From: Nitrospiraceae bacterium UBA6905
GTDB lineage: Bacteria; Nitrospirota; Thermodesulfovibrionia; Thermodesulfovibrionales; UBA6898
Direction of reading: 5' to 3'
Assembly (NCBI GenBank): GCA_002451165.1
Contig: DKBH01000003.1
Coordinates: 38,698-102,697 of the forward strand
DNA: 64,000 nucleotides
Position 1 is the stretch's first letter. Each line of letters opens with the position of its first letter. A model generated the notes under the pieces. The model saw only the letters and a list, made by a program, of their open reading frames with translations. It did not search any database and was not told the origin of the DNA. Positions 9,199 to 18,932 of this stretch are shown piece after piece. The position numbers were made by a program, and so were the translations under genes.

Positions 9199-11285
9199 TG
9201 CGTCCTCCTGAGAAAATCCCTTGGCTTCCCGGCGCCTTTCGGCGGTCCCACCAGTCCATCATCTTCCAATATCTCCATGATGCGCGCTGCCCGGTTATAG
9301 CCGATCTTGAATCGTCGCTGGAGGGAGGATATGGATATCTCACCCACGGACTCGGCGAATTCCATGGCCTTGTAATACATTTCGTCGCGTTCGTCCACGG
9401 CGCCGTCAGGAGACGACGGCGACTCGACGGGTATCTGCTCAAAGATCGAATAATCAGGGGTGCCCTGCGGCTTGACGAATGCCGTCACCTGATGAATCTC
9501 CTCCTCGGTGACCAGAGCGCCGTGCACACGCTTGATGCCCTGGCCGGAGAGCATAAGGAGCATGTCGCCTTTATCGAGAAGCTGCTCCGCTCCCTGCGTG
9601 TCAAGAATGGTGCGCGAATCGATCTTCGACGTCACCTTGAAGGAGATCCGCGAGGGAAGGTTTGCCTTGATAATGCCGGTAATCACATCAACGGAGGGCC
9701 GCTGCGTGCCGATAATGAGATGGATGCCGGCAGCACGCGCCATTTGTGCAAGCCGGGTGATCGAATCTTCCACCTCCCGTGAAGAGGCGAACATGAGGTC
9801 GGCAAGCTCGTCGATAAAGATGACGATATAGGGTATCTGCTCGCCTTCCGGCGCCAGCCGGTTAAAGCCTTCGATGTTCCGCGCGCCTTTTTCAGCAAGC
9901 AGACGGTAGCGGCGCTCCATCTCAAAAACCATCTTTCGCAGCGCTTCGGCGGCCTGCTTCGGACTGGTGATCACCGGCGATATGAGATGGGGGATATCCT
10001 CATACATCGAAAGTTCAATGAGTTTCGGATCGATCATGAGCATTTTGACCTCGCGGGGAGAGGCCTTGAACAAAATGCTCATGATCATGGAGTTGACCGA
10101 GACGCTCTTGCCGGCACCGGTCTGTCCTGCAACAAGCAGATGCGGCATCTTGGTGAGATCGGCTATAACCGGTTCGCCTGAAATATCTCTTCCGAGACCC
10201 AGCGTCAGCTTCGAAGAACTTTTCAGGAAGCGTTCCGACGACACCATGCCCCGCAGCGTCACGATCTCCCGCTTCCTGTTCGGCACCTCTATGCCGATCG
10301 TGTTTTCCCCGGCCAGCGGCGATATCCTGATACTCTGGGCCTTGAGCGAGAGGGCGAGATCGTCGGCAAGGGAAACGACCTTAGTTATCTTGATGCCCGG
10401 CGCAGGCTCGAATTTGTATAGCGTAACGACCGGTCCCGGCTGTACTGTGGTTATTTCTCCCTCAACATCGAAGTTCGCCAGCGTGTTGCGGATCAGCTCC
10501 CGGTTCTGTTTTATCTCTTCATTGGATGGACGTGCCGCAGCCGCGTCGTAGTCGGAAAGCAGTTCGAAGGAAGGCAGGACATAGCCGTCCTTGGATCGGA
10601 CCGTTCTCTGCAGCTGGCGGACTTTCTGTCGCGGTTCCGGCTCAGGATCAGGTTCTATGGAATGCACGGGGGCAATGATTTCCGGCTCGAACAGATCTTC
10701 CGGTTCCGTTATCAGGACATCATCCATAAGAATGCCCTCCTTTTTCGGCTCGTCTCTCGTTTCTTTTTTCTTCCGCGCGAAGAGGGAAGGGGTGATGGCG
10801 ATGGGGATCAGAAGTACGAGGGCGGAAAAAAAACACGACAGTGCCAGAAGATATGCGCCGAGGACCGAGAGATACCGCACCAGTGCCTCTGCCGTGATGG
10901 ATCCGGCGATGCCTCCGGGGCGATGCTCGGAGGAGAGGTGGAAGGTTCTGAACAGGAGGGCTGCAAGCAGAGATGCAGCAAACACGAGCAGCACCGTGCC
11001 GAGCAGGTAAACGGTCTTCTTTTCCCTGCCGAGAAGCCTGCGTATTCCATACGCCATGAGTGCTGCAGGTATCAGGTACGCTGCGATGCCGATGCATGAC
11101 ATGAGCAGGTCCGCTGCGTATGCGCCGATGACGCCGCCATAGTTCCGGACCGGGGAGGCAGAATAGGTGAAGAACGATGCATCCCACTTGGAATAGCTGG
11201 CAAGACTGATGCCGAGGTAGATGCTGAAAAGGACCGAGACGATCCCTGCGATCTCCTCCTTGATTCTGCCTATCTTCTTAGCCAT
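9195..11285 (-). CDS. ftsK: DNA translocase FtsK
   Basis: The real start is MAKKIGRIKEE at 11285. N-terminal TM helices, Walker A (AGQTGAGKSV), and a C-terminal gamma domain (YYKAMEFAESVGEISISSLQRRFKIGYNRAARIME). Confidence 0.9.
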   Translation of the reverse strand: MAKKIGRIKEEIAGIVSVLFSIYLGISLASYSKWDASFFTYSASPVRNYGGVIGAYAADLLMSCIGIAAYLIPAALMAYGIRRLLGREKKTVYLLGTVLLVFAASLLAALLFRTFHLSSEHRPGGIAGSITAEALVRYLSVLGAYLLALSCFFSALVLLIPIAITPSLFARKKKETRDEPKKEGILMDDVLITEPEDLFEPEIIAPVHSIEPDPEPEPRQKVRQLQRTVRSKDGYVLPSFELLSDYDAAAARPSNEEIKQNRELIRNTLANFDVEGEITTVQPGPVVTLYKFEPAPGIKITKVVSLADDLALSLKAQSIRISPLAGENTIGIEVPNRKREIVTLRGMVSSERFLKSSSKLTLGLGRDISGEPVIADLTKMPHLLVAGQTGAGKSVSVNSMIMSILFKASPREVKMLMIDPKLIELSMYEDIPHLISPVITSPKQAAEALRKMVFEMERRYRLLAEKGARNIEGFNRLAPEGEQIPYIVIFIDELADLMFASSREVEDSITRLAQMARAAGIHLIIGTQRPSVDVITGIIKANLPSRISFKVTSKIDSRTILDTQGAEQLLDKGDMLLMLSGQGIKRVHGALVTEEEIHQVTAFVKPQGTPDYSIFEQIPVESPSSPDGAVDERDEMYYKAMEFAESVGEISISSLQRRFKIGYNRAARIMEILEDDGLVGPPKGAGKPRDFLRRTH

Positions 11286-12037
11286 AGCCCCGCAAGAATG
11301 ACCGCTGCAAGTATGAAGCGATAATAGGCAAAGACGTTCATCGGATGTTTCCGGAAGAAGCTCATGAGAAAGCGTATTGCGGCAACGCCGGTTACTGCCG
11401 ACGCGATGACCCCGATTATGAAAAGACCCATATCCTGTCCACCCGCACCGGCAAGCAGTTTTCTGCCATGGAGCAGCGCTGCACCGGCGATGATCGGCGT
11501 CGAGAGCAGAAACGAGAATCGCGCCGACGATTGGCGTTCGATGCCCTGAAACAGTCCCGCTGATATGGTAATGCCTGAACGGGAGACGCCGGGAATGATG
11601 GCAACCGCCTGCGCAATCCCGATCATCAACGCATCCCGAAGGGTGATATGCTCTAACGGCCTGTTGCTCTTCAGCTTTTCGACTATCAGCATGACGCAGC
11701 CGAACAGGACCAGCGAGAGGGCGATGACGAAAGGACTTCTCAAGGTGTGTTCGACAAGATCGTTCAACAGCAGTCCGGCGATTCCCGCAGGAAGGGACGC
11801 GATCACGATCAACAGGAAGAGCTTCTGTTTTCTGAAGATGAGATCGATCCAATCCTTCCAGAAACAGATGACCAGGGCAAGCAGCGTCCCGGCATGGAGC
11901 GCAACATCGAAGGTGAGCGTATCCAGTTCTCCGGTCCAGTGAAAGAACCAAGGGAAAAGGATAAGATGTGCGGTGCTGCTTATGGGAAGGAACTCGGTTA
12001 AACCCTGCACAATCCCTAAAATCAAGGCTTCCATCAT
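11270..12037 (-). CDS. uppP: Undecaprenyl-diphosphatase
   Basis: ILGIVQGLTEFLPISSTAHL...PGVSRSG, the BacA/UppP motifs. Confidence 0.9.
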   Translation of the reverse strand: MMEALILGIVQGLTEFLPISSTAHLILFPWFFHWTGELDTLTFDVALHAGTLLALVICFWKDWIDLIFRKQKLFLLIVIASLPAGIAGLLLNDLVEHTLRSPFVIALSLVLFGCVMLIVEKLKSNRPLEHITLRDALMIGIAQAVAIIPGVSRSGITISAGLFQGIERQSSARFSFLLSTPIIAGAALLHGRKLLAGAGGQDMGLFIIGVIASAVTGVAAIRFLMSFFRKHPMNVFAYYRFILAAVILAGLWLRR

Positions 12038-12085
12038 GTTTCTGATTATAGCAGATTTACCGTCGAACTATCCTGAATGCGCTTC

Positions 12086-13744
12086 CTAAACCTCGAATAT
12101 CAGCGGCAGGATCATGGGCTTGCGGTCCATGGTGGTGCGCAGGTATTTCTTGAGCGCCCTCCTGATCTGCGCCTGAACCAGCGTCTTGTCGGCAACGGTT
12201 TCCGCGGACATCTTCCCGAGGGTTTGTGAAACAAGCTCCCTGACATCATTGAGTACATCTTGGGAGACATCCTCGAAGATGAAACCGCGGGAAATGATCT
12301 CCGGGCCGGAGACGATGCTGCCAGAAAGTTTTTCGATCGAGACGATGACGATAACGATGCCGTCATGGGCGAGTCTTCTTCGGTCACGCAATACCATGCC
12401 TTCGACATCGCCGACCCCTTTGCCGTCGACGAAGATCCTTCCGCTCGTGACGGTCCCCGCCTTACGGGCCTCGGTCGGCGAGATCTCGAGCACATCACCG
12501 TTTTCGAGAATGTAGATATTGCTGCGCGGTATCCCGATCTTGTCCGCGAGCCTTCCATGATAGAACTTGTGACGGTATTCTCCATGCACCGGCATGAAGT
12601 ATTTTGGCCTCACGAGATTGAGCATCAGCTTCAGCTCCTCCTTGGAGGCGTGACCTGATACATGTATTTCAGATACTTTTTCATAAATGACGTTTGCGCC
12701 CCTTCGGAAGAGGTGGTTGATAATCCTGCCGATGGAATGTTCGTTTCCCGGGATGACCTTGGCAGAGAGGATCACGATGTCATCCTGCTTGATCTGTATC
12801 TGTTTGTGTTCGTCCGTGGCGATGCGTGAAAGCACGCTCATCGGTTCGCCCTGACTGCCGGTCGTCACGATTACGACCTCGTCGTCCCGGAGGCTCTTCA
12901 GCGCGTCCAGTTTCAGCCAGGTGTTTTCGGGGATCCTCAGATACCCGAGGTCGAGGGCTATCTGGGCATTGGCGACCATGCTCTTGCCGGAGAGGATCAC
13001 TTTTCTGCCGAACATGACCGCAACGTCAATGACCTGCTGTATCCGGTGGATATTCGAGGCGAATGTGGCGATGATGATCCTTCCCTTTGCCTCGGAGAAG
13101 ATATCTTCAAACGCCCTACGCACTTCCTTTTCCGAGAACGTAAAGCCCCCCCGTTCAGCATTCGTGCTGTCCGAAAGGAGGAGCAGGGTGCCTTTCTCAC
13201 CGTATTCTGAAAACTTGTGGAAATCCATGAGCTGGCCATCAACCGGGGTGGGGTCGAGCTTAAAGTCGCCCGTATGTACAACAAGGCCTATTGGCGTCCG
13301 GATGCCGTAAGCAACACCATCGACAATACTATGGGTAACCCGGATAGGCTCAAGGGTAAATTCGCCTTCACGGATGATGTCCCGCGGCTTGATGGAACGC
13401 AGTTCAATATCTCCAAGGTTGTGTTCCCTCAGCTTCTCCCTGACCAGACCGAGCGTCAGCGGCGTGCCATAAATCGGCACTTTAACCTCTCTGAGCAGGA
13501 AGGGAAGCGCACCGACGTGGTCTTCGTGTCCGTGGGTAAGGAAGATCGCCCGCACCTTTTCTCTGTTCTCCAGGATATAGGTGAAGTCGGGGATGACAAA
13601 GTCCACGCCGAGCATATCTTCTTCGGGGAACATCAGGCCGGCATCGATGATGATCATGTCGTTCCCATACTCCATGACTGTCATGTTCATGCCGATCTCC
13701 TCGACGCCGCCGAGGGGGATGACCGAAAGACGCTTCTCCATCAC
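12086..13744 (-). CDS. rnj: Ribonuclease J
   Basis: Beta-lactamase/beta-CASP signature: IPLGGVEEIGMNM...THGHEDHVGALPFL...VSGHASKEEL. Confidence 0.9.
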   Translation of the reverse strand: MMEKRLSVIPLGGVEEIGMNMTVMEYGNDMIIIDAGLMFPEEDMLGVDFVIPDFTYILENREKVRAIFLTHGHEDHVGALPFLLREVKVPIYGTPLTLGLVREKLREHNLGDIELRSIKPRDIIREGEFTLEPIRVTHSIVDGVAYGIRTPIGLVVHTGDFKLDPTPVDGQLMDFHKFSEYGEKGTLLLLSDSTNAERGGFTFSEKEVRRAFEDIFSEAKGRIIIATFASNIHRIQQVIDVAVMFGRKVILSGKSMVANAQIALDLGYLRIPENTWLKLDALKSLRDDEVVIVTTGSQGEPMSVLSRIATDEHKQIQIKQDDIVILSAKVIPGNEHSIGRIINHLFRRGANVIYEKVSEIHVSGHASKEELKLMLNLVRPKYFMPVHGEYRHKFYHGRLADKIGIPRSNIYILENGDVLEISPTEARKAGTVTSGRIFVDGKGVGDVEGMVLRDRRRLAHDGIVIVIVSIEKLSGSIVSGPEIISRGFIFEDVSQDVLNDVRELVSQTLGKMSAETVADKTLVQAQIRRALKKYLRTTMDRKPMILPLIFEV

Positions 13745-13826
13745 GTCAGGCTATGCCGCCCTTTCAGGGGAGAGATGACCGAGCCCTGCTGTCCGCAGAA
13801 CAGAGGACCCGGCGCCGCTGCAGGAC

Positions 13827-14741
13827 TCATTGCGGGGGAGAAAGCAGCAGCTCAAGAAGTGCCTTCTGCGTATGCATACGGTTTTCCGCCTGGTCAAAGA
13901 CAGCGCTATGCGGACCGTCCATGACCTCGTCTGTTATCTCCTCCCCGCGGTGAGCAGGAAGGCAGTGCAGCACGACCACGTCCTTCTTTGCGCAGCTCAG
14001 GAGTCGGGAGTTGATCTGATACTCGGCAAATTTTCTCTTCTTTGCCTCCGCGAGGTTTTCCTGTCCCATGCTTACCCAGACATCCGTGTATAACGCATCC
14101 GCCATGCCCGCAGCCTCTCGGGGATCCCGAAGAATGACGATCTCGCTCCTTGCAGCTGCACGGGCGTTTTCCAGTGTCTCCATATGCGGTTCATAACCTT
14201 CCGGACAGGCGACGGCGAGGTCGAAACCGAGCACCGCAGCCGCCTCGATTAGCGAATTGCATACATTGTTGCCGTCTCCCACGTACGCCATCTTCACTCC
14301 TTCAAACTTGCCTTTCTTCTCCAGAAGGGTCATGGCATCGGCAAGTGCCTGGCAGGGATGCCGCAGATCACTCAATCCGTTGATGACCGGTATCGAGCTG
14401 TTTCGGGCGAACTCCTCAATTGTCTCATGCGAGAACGTCCGCATCATAATTGCATGCAGATACCGGGAGAGTGTCTTCGCCGTATCAGCGATCGTTTCAC
14501 CCCTGCCGAGTTGCAGATCCGCAGGCGTCATGCAAACGGCATTGCCGCCGAGCTGATAGATGCCTGCCTCGAACGACACCCGTGTGCGCGTAGACGGTTT
14601 TTCAAAGAAAAGCCCGATATTTTTTCCGATAAGCGGGCAATGACTGGCGTCCTTTCCGCCCTTAAGGTCAATGGCCCTTCGCAGCAGGCCCGTTATTTCA
14701 TCCCGGGTGAGATCGGTTAGTTTGAGAAAATCCCTTTTCAT
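13827..14741 (-). CDS. argF: Ornithine carbamoyltransferase
   Basis: STRTRVSFE, HPCQALAD and HCLPAHRGEE motifs. Confidence 0.9.
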   Translation of the reverse strand: MKRDFLKLTDLTRDEITGLLRRAIDLKGGKDASHCPLIGKNIGLFFEKPSTRTRVSFEAGIYQLGGNAVCMTPADLQLGRGETIADTAKTLSRYLHAIMMRTFSHETIEEFARNSSIPVINGLSDLRHPCQALADAMTLLEKKGKFEGVKMAYVGDGNNVCNSLIEAAAVLGFDLAVACPEGYEPHMETLENARAAARSEIVILRDPREAAGMADALYTDVWVSMGQENLAEAKKRKFAEYQINSRLLSCAKKDVVVLHCLPAHRGEEITDEVMDGPHSAVFDQAENRMHTQKALLELLLSPPQ

Positions 14742-14750
14742 GCTTCTCCT

Positions 14751-15950
14751 TTATGCCAGCGCGTCGAAGACCTGCTCGAGGACATCGATAAGGCTGTCTA
14801 TTTCCTTTTCTGTCACGATCAGCGGCGGCATGAACCGCAATACATTGCCTGCGGTGCAGTTGATCAGCATCCCCCGCTCCAGGCATGCCTTCACGACCGG
14901 GGCGCCGTCCCTGAGCAGCTCCATGCCGATCAGCAGACCCATGCCGCGGATATCCGCAACGATATCCGGAAAATCCTTTTTCAGATCCTCGAGCCGCTTC
15001 CGAAAATACTTTCCCATTCTCTTGCACTGGTCCAGCACGAACCCGTCTTCGAGTACCACGTCGAGCGTTGCCAAAGCCGCAGCGCATGCGAGCGGGTTTC
15101 CACCGAAGGTCGACCCATGCGTGCCCGGCTGAAACGCTTCTGCCACCTTGTCTGTGGCAAGCAGCGCGCCAATCGGTACTCCGCCGCCGAGCCCTTTGGC
15201 AAGGGTCATGATATCGGGTGCCATCCCGAAGTGCTCATAGGCGAAGAGCTTCCCTGTCCGACCGATGCCCGTTTGTACTTCGTCGAGGATCAGAAGGATA
15301 TTATGATCGTCGCAGAGTTTCCTCACCTGCCGGAGATATTCGGCATCAGGTATCCGCACGCCGCCCTCTCCCTGCAGCGGTTCGAGCAGTACGGCACAGG
15401 TGTCATTGGTGATAGCATTCTTCAGTGCATCGATGTTATCGAACTCGACATGCCTGATGCCCGGCAGGAGAGGATCGAACCCGACCTTGAACTTGTCCTG
15501 TCCCGTTGCCGTCAGTGTAGCAAGCGTCCTGCCGTGAAATGAGTTTAGCGTTGCGATGACCTCGAACTTGTTCTGGCCGACATGCTCCTTAAAATATCTT
15601 CTCGCGAGCTTTATGGCTGCTTCGTTCGCTTCTGCGCCGGAGTTACAGAAGAACACTTTGTCTGCGAATGAATGGGTAACCAGCATTTTGGCCAGCCTGA
15701 TCTGGGGTTCGATATGATAGAAATTCGAGACATGGATGAGACGCTGAACCTGCTTCTGCACAGCAACGACAACCTTCGGGTGGCAATGGCCGAGACAATT
15801 GGTAGCAACTCCGCCGACGAAATCAAGGTATTCTTTCCCCTCCCAGCTCCACACCTTCACACCCCGCCCTTTTTTCAGGACAACAGGGAACCGGTTGTAG
15901 GTGTGCATCAGATAGCTGGCTGAGTCCTCGAGGAGTTTCTTCGTTTCCAT
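14751..15950 (-). CDS. argD: Acetylornithine aminotransferase
   Basis: The start METKKLLEDSASYLMHTYNRFPV is at 15950. Class III aminotransferase motifs are present (DEVQTGIGRTGK, TLAKGLGGG). It lies adjacent to argF. Confidence 0.9.
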   Translation of the reverse strand: METKKLLEDSASYLMHTYNRFPVVLKKGRGVKVWSWEGKEYLDFVGGVATNCLGHCHPKVVVAVQKQVQRLIHVSNFYHIEPQIRLAKMLVTHSFADKVFFCNSGAEANEAAIKLARRYFKEHVGQNKFEVIATLNSFHGRTLATLTATGQDKFKVGFDPLLPGIRHVEFDNIDALKNAITNDTCAVLLEPLQGEGGVRIPDAEYLRQVRKLCDDHNILLILDEVQTGIGRTGKLFAYEHFGMAPDIMTLAKGLGGGVPIGALLATDKVAEAFQPGTHGSTFGGNPLACAAALATLDVVLEDGFVLDQCKRMGKYFRKRLEDLKKDFPDIVADIRGMGLLIGMELLRDGAPVVKACLERGMLINCTAGNVLRFMPPLIVTEKEIDSLIDVLEQVFDALA

Positions 15951-16032
15951 TGGACATAATAACGCATAACTCTTTGAAAAATCAAACAAAAATGGCTTTG
16001 ACAGAGATTTCCGCGTCATGGTAGAATCACGC

Positions 16033-16812
16033 ATGAAGATCGCGGTGACCGGAAAAGGCGGCGTGGGCAAGACGACGCTGTCGTCCATTCTCAGCTATCT
16101 CTTCGCGTCGGAAGGCAATAAGGTCATTGCCGTGGATGCCGATCCTGATGCCAACCTTGCTTCTGCTCTCGGCATTTCACGGGAGGACGCGGAGAAGATT
16201 AGGCCTATCGCCGACATGAACGAGCTGATCGAGGAGCGCACTGGAGCAAAGCCAGGCAGTGCCGGCATTTATAAGCTCAATCCCAAGGTCGACGACCTTC
16301 CCGAAGGGTTGGGTTACCGCATAGACGGCATCACTCTCCTTATCATGGGCAAGTCTAAGGCGGCATCTTCGGGATGTTACTGTCCGGAGAATGTTCTCCT
16401 TCGCAGGCTCCTCAAGCATCTTGTTGTCGAGCGAAACGAAGTGGTCATCGTGGATATGGAAGCAGGCATCGAACATCTCACGCGGGGCACTGCCGATTCT
16501 GTGGATGCATTCATTGTCGTTATCGAGCCCGGTCAGCGCAGCATCCAGACCGCAGGCGTAGTTCAGGATATGGCAAAAGGGCTCGGCGTCAAGAACGTCT
16601 TTGTTGTCGCCAACAAGATCCGCGGAAGCAACGATCTGGAATTCATAACGAAAGGCATCGGCTCCATGAATCTTGCGGGGCATATCAGTTTCAGCCATGC
16701 GATCATGGAGGCAGATATCAAGGGCGATTCCCCTTTCAAATTCGCACCGCAGACCGTAGAAGAAGTGAAGCGCATTAAGGCCGCGATCGAAAAAGTCCTG
16801 CATGCAGGATAA
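16033..16812 (+). CDS. CooC/AcsF-like P-loop ATPase (Ni-insertion accessory family)
   Basis: MKIAVTGKGGVGKTTLSS...VDADPDANL...CYCPEN, a deviant Walker A plus a CxC motif typical of CooC. Confidence 0.7.
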   Translation: MKIAVTGKGGVGKTTLSSILSYLFASEGNKVIAVDADPDANLASALGISREDAEKIRPIADMNELIEERTGAKPGSAGIYKLNPKVDDLPEGLGYRIDGITLLIMGKSKAASSGCYCPENVLLRRLLKHLVVERNEVVIVDMEAGIEHLTRGTADSVDAFIVVIEPGQRSIQTAGVVQDMAKGLGVKNVFVVANKIRGSNDLEFITKGIGSMNLAGHISFSHAIMEADIKGDSPFKFAPQTVEEVKRIKAAIEKVLHAG

Positions 16813-17374
16813 GGCATCCCTCCGCAAGGAAATACTCGCCAGAAGAGACAGCATCCCTGGGCCGGTAAGAAAGATCAAAGATCGGGCCATCGCAGAGCGT
16901 CTTTTCAGCCTCAATGAAATAAGGCAGGCACGAACGGTTTTCTTCTTTGCTTCCTTCAGGTCAGAGGTGGATACCTTTCCCATGATCATGAGGTGTCTGG
17001 CCGAAGATAAGAGGGTGGTGCTGCCACGCGTCGAGGGAACTGACCTCGGGCTATACCTGATCAACCATCCTGACGAACTCGCTCCCGGGTATATAAAAAT
17101 CCCGGAACCCACAGTCATCAGCGATGACCGAAAGGTCAGCATCCATGACGTTGATGCCATCGTCGTGCCTGGGGCGGCCTTTGACCCAAGGGGAAACAGG
17201 ATAGGCTACGGCGGGGGTTTTTATGATCGTCTTCTGGCAGGCTTACAGAAGTCCGTGTCCATAATCGCTCCGGCCTATGAAGAACAGGTTATCGAATCGG
17301 TCCCTGCAGAACAGCACGACAGAGGCGTGACGATCATTGTGACGGACCGCCAGGAGATACGATGCACACACTAG
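16802..17374 (+). CDS. 5-formyltetrahydrofolate cyclo-ligase
   Basis: LRKEILARR...VVLPRV...VPGAAFDPRGNRIGYGGGFYDRLL, the canonical MTHFS motif. The start overlaps the upstream stop codon. Confidence 0.8.
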   Translation: MQDKASLRKEILARRDSIPGPVRKIKDRAIAERLFSLNEIRQARTVFFFASFRSEVDTFPMIMRCLAEDKRVVLPRVEGTDLGLYLINHPDELAPGYIKIPEPTVISDDRKVSIHDVDAIVVPGAAFDPRGNRIGYGGGFYDRLLAGLQKSVSIIAPAYEEQVIESVPAEQHDRGVTIIVTDRQEIRCTH

Positions 17375-17605
17375 CATGTACCGTTGCGGCGGGCTGGGTA
17401 GTGCCCGTCAAAGAGACATTGCTTCCATGACACCCTGAATGCAAATTTGCAGAACTGCCTGTTGTATTCATATGCGTCAGATCATGGAGGAAAAGGAGAA
17501 AAATATTTGCGCACCGGAGCGATCTTTCATGCGTTGATAAAAGGCTTACCCTTGCAATTCATCGGCTCTATGAGCATTTGTGCGGGAAGTATCTGAAAAC
17601 GGAGG

Positions 17606-17827
17606 ATGCGATTGGACTATCGGACGAAGAGCAGATGCCAGCTTGAGGCAGAGATGAAGAGGCTGCAGCGCGATCTCGAAGACCTCGAAGAGGCCATAGG
17701 CTTTGACCTCATCAATACTTCAGCCCATATCAGCGGCAGGCAGGTACAAAAAGATGAGGCCTGTCTGTCCGAGCTCAGGGAGCGGATCGACGCCATCCGA
17801 AAGTTCCTGGAAAGCGCGAATATGTAA
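17606..17827 (+). CDS. Small coiled-coil hypothetical protein
   Basis: Open frame in an intergenic gap. The start is uncertain (17606 or 17653). No homolog recognised. Confidence 0.25.
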   Translation: MRLDYRTKSRCQLEAEMKRLQRDLEDLEEAIGFDLINTSAHISGRQVQKDEACLSELRERIDAIRKFLESANM

Positions 17828-17911
17828 CATAAGCTATCGACCGGCTTTAGACGGTAGTGCTGTTTTAGCGAGCTGTCTTCTCCTCACGTACAACTGATCG
17901 GGGCTTTCTAA

Positions 17912-18877
17912 TCACTCTTCTGTTTCCAGCTCCTTCACTTTTGTCCAGGACGTGTCAGGGTCGAAAAGTGTAATCGCCTCAGCCTTCTTCCTGGTATCCT
18001 TGCCGAGGTCCCGCTGATAGATGTCCCCTTCCTGGTTCACCATGAACGTCATGATCCCCGAGTTTCCATAATCTGCCGGAAAGGCGAGGAGAGCGAACCC
18101 GAGGATCATCTTTCCCATGACCACATATTGGTATGTTCCCCCCTCAGCGTTCTTTCCTTGACCCTTTAGGATCTTGAAGTAATATCCGTGGAACGGCGAG
18201 AGGTCCGGATTGGCATATCCTTCCCGTGAGGCCTGAGCAACCAGCGGTCCGAGCGGGCTCTGCTCCTCGCCTTCTTTTGTATCCCAGTAGAGGCCGTCAT
18301 GGTTACCCTTGGTGCTGACGATCCTCTGCGCAAACTCGACGGCGCCAGTGCCGCTGCAGTTCTTACTGGCATACTCATGCTGCGCATCGACATAGGCATG
18401 CAGTACATCCATAATAAAAAGTTCATTTCTGCCCACCCTGCGGTCAAGGATCTGCTGCTTCCCTTCCCCTATGTCGAAGACCCATTGAGAATCTTTTCTT
18501 ACGATCGGTATCGGCAGGGGCCAATTGTCCTCGCCGGTACAAAGAGTTACCTTGCCGGCAGACTGCTCCTGAAGGGTATGCTGCCGGTCATATGCTCTGA
18601 TGAATTTCTCACGGCCGACCTTGTCCGCCATGTCATCCCCTGAAAAGATTAGCTCTTTGCTGCCGGGTCCAAGGATTGCCATTATCTCGTTTGTATCATG
18701 TGCCCTGATCGCGGCAACCAGAGATTTCACCGCCTCTTCAGGCGAGGAGAAGCTTTTTTGTGTCTCTCCCCGGGCCGTGGAAGCAGTCTGGAACAGGGAA
18801 AAGATGACCGTCATCATGATAAGCGGAACTATAAACTGATACCAGGATTTCTTCGCACTCCATTCGATGCGCTCCAT
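17912..18877 (-). CDS. DUF2950 family secreted protein
   Basis: DGLYWDT...SPLGPLVAQA...FHGYYFKILKGQG...GFALLAFPADYGNSGIMTFMVNQEGDIYQRDLG matches the DUF2950 pattern as I recall it. Confidence 0.7.
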   Translation of the reverse strand: MERIEWSAKKSWYQFIVPLIMMTVIFSLFQTASTARGETQKSFSSPEEAVKSLVAAIRAHDTNEIMAILGPGSKELIFSGDDMADKVGREKFIRAYDRQHTLQEQSAGKVTLCTGEDNWPLPIPIVRKDSQWVFDIGEGKQQILDRRVGRNELFIMDVLHAYVDAQHEYASKNCSGTGAVEFAQRIVSTKGNHDGLYWDTKEGEEQSPLGPLVAQASREGYANPDLSPFHGYYFKILKGQGKNAEGGTYQYVVMGKMILGFALLAFPADYGNSGIMTFMVNQEGDIYQRDLGKDTRKKAEAITLFDPDTSWTKVKELETEE

Positions 18878-18932
18878 GTGTCCTCCCTTATATAGCGAGC
18901 CTTACATGCATTCAACAAGCTGCTGCAGCGTA

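Noticed and set aside
11286-11951. 222-codon N-terminal extension of the ftsK ORF (listed as 9195..11951)
   Set aside because: It overlaps the well-supported uppP gene in another frame and its composition is Arg/Cys/His-rich nonsense. The FtsK-like sequence begins at MAKKIGRIKEE (11285).
15951-16088. N-terminal extension of the argD ORF
   Set aside because: It runs into the divergent cooC-like gene. The canonical ArgD N-terminus starts at METKKLLED (15950).
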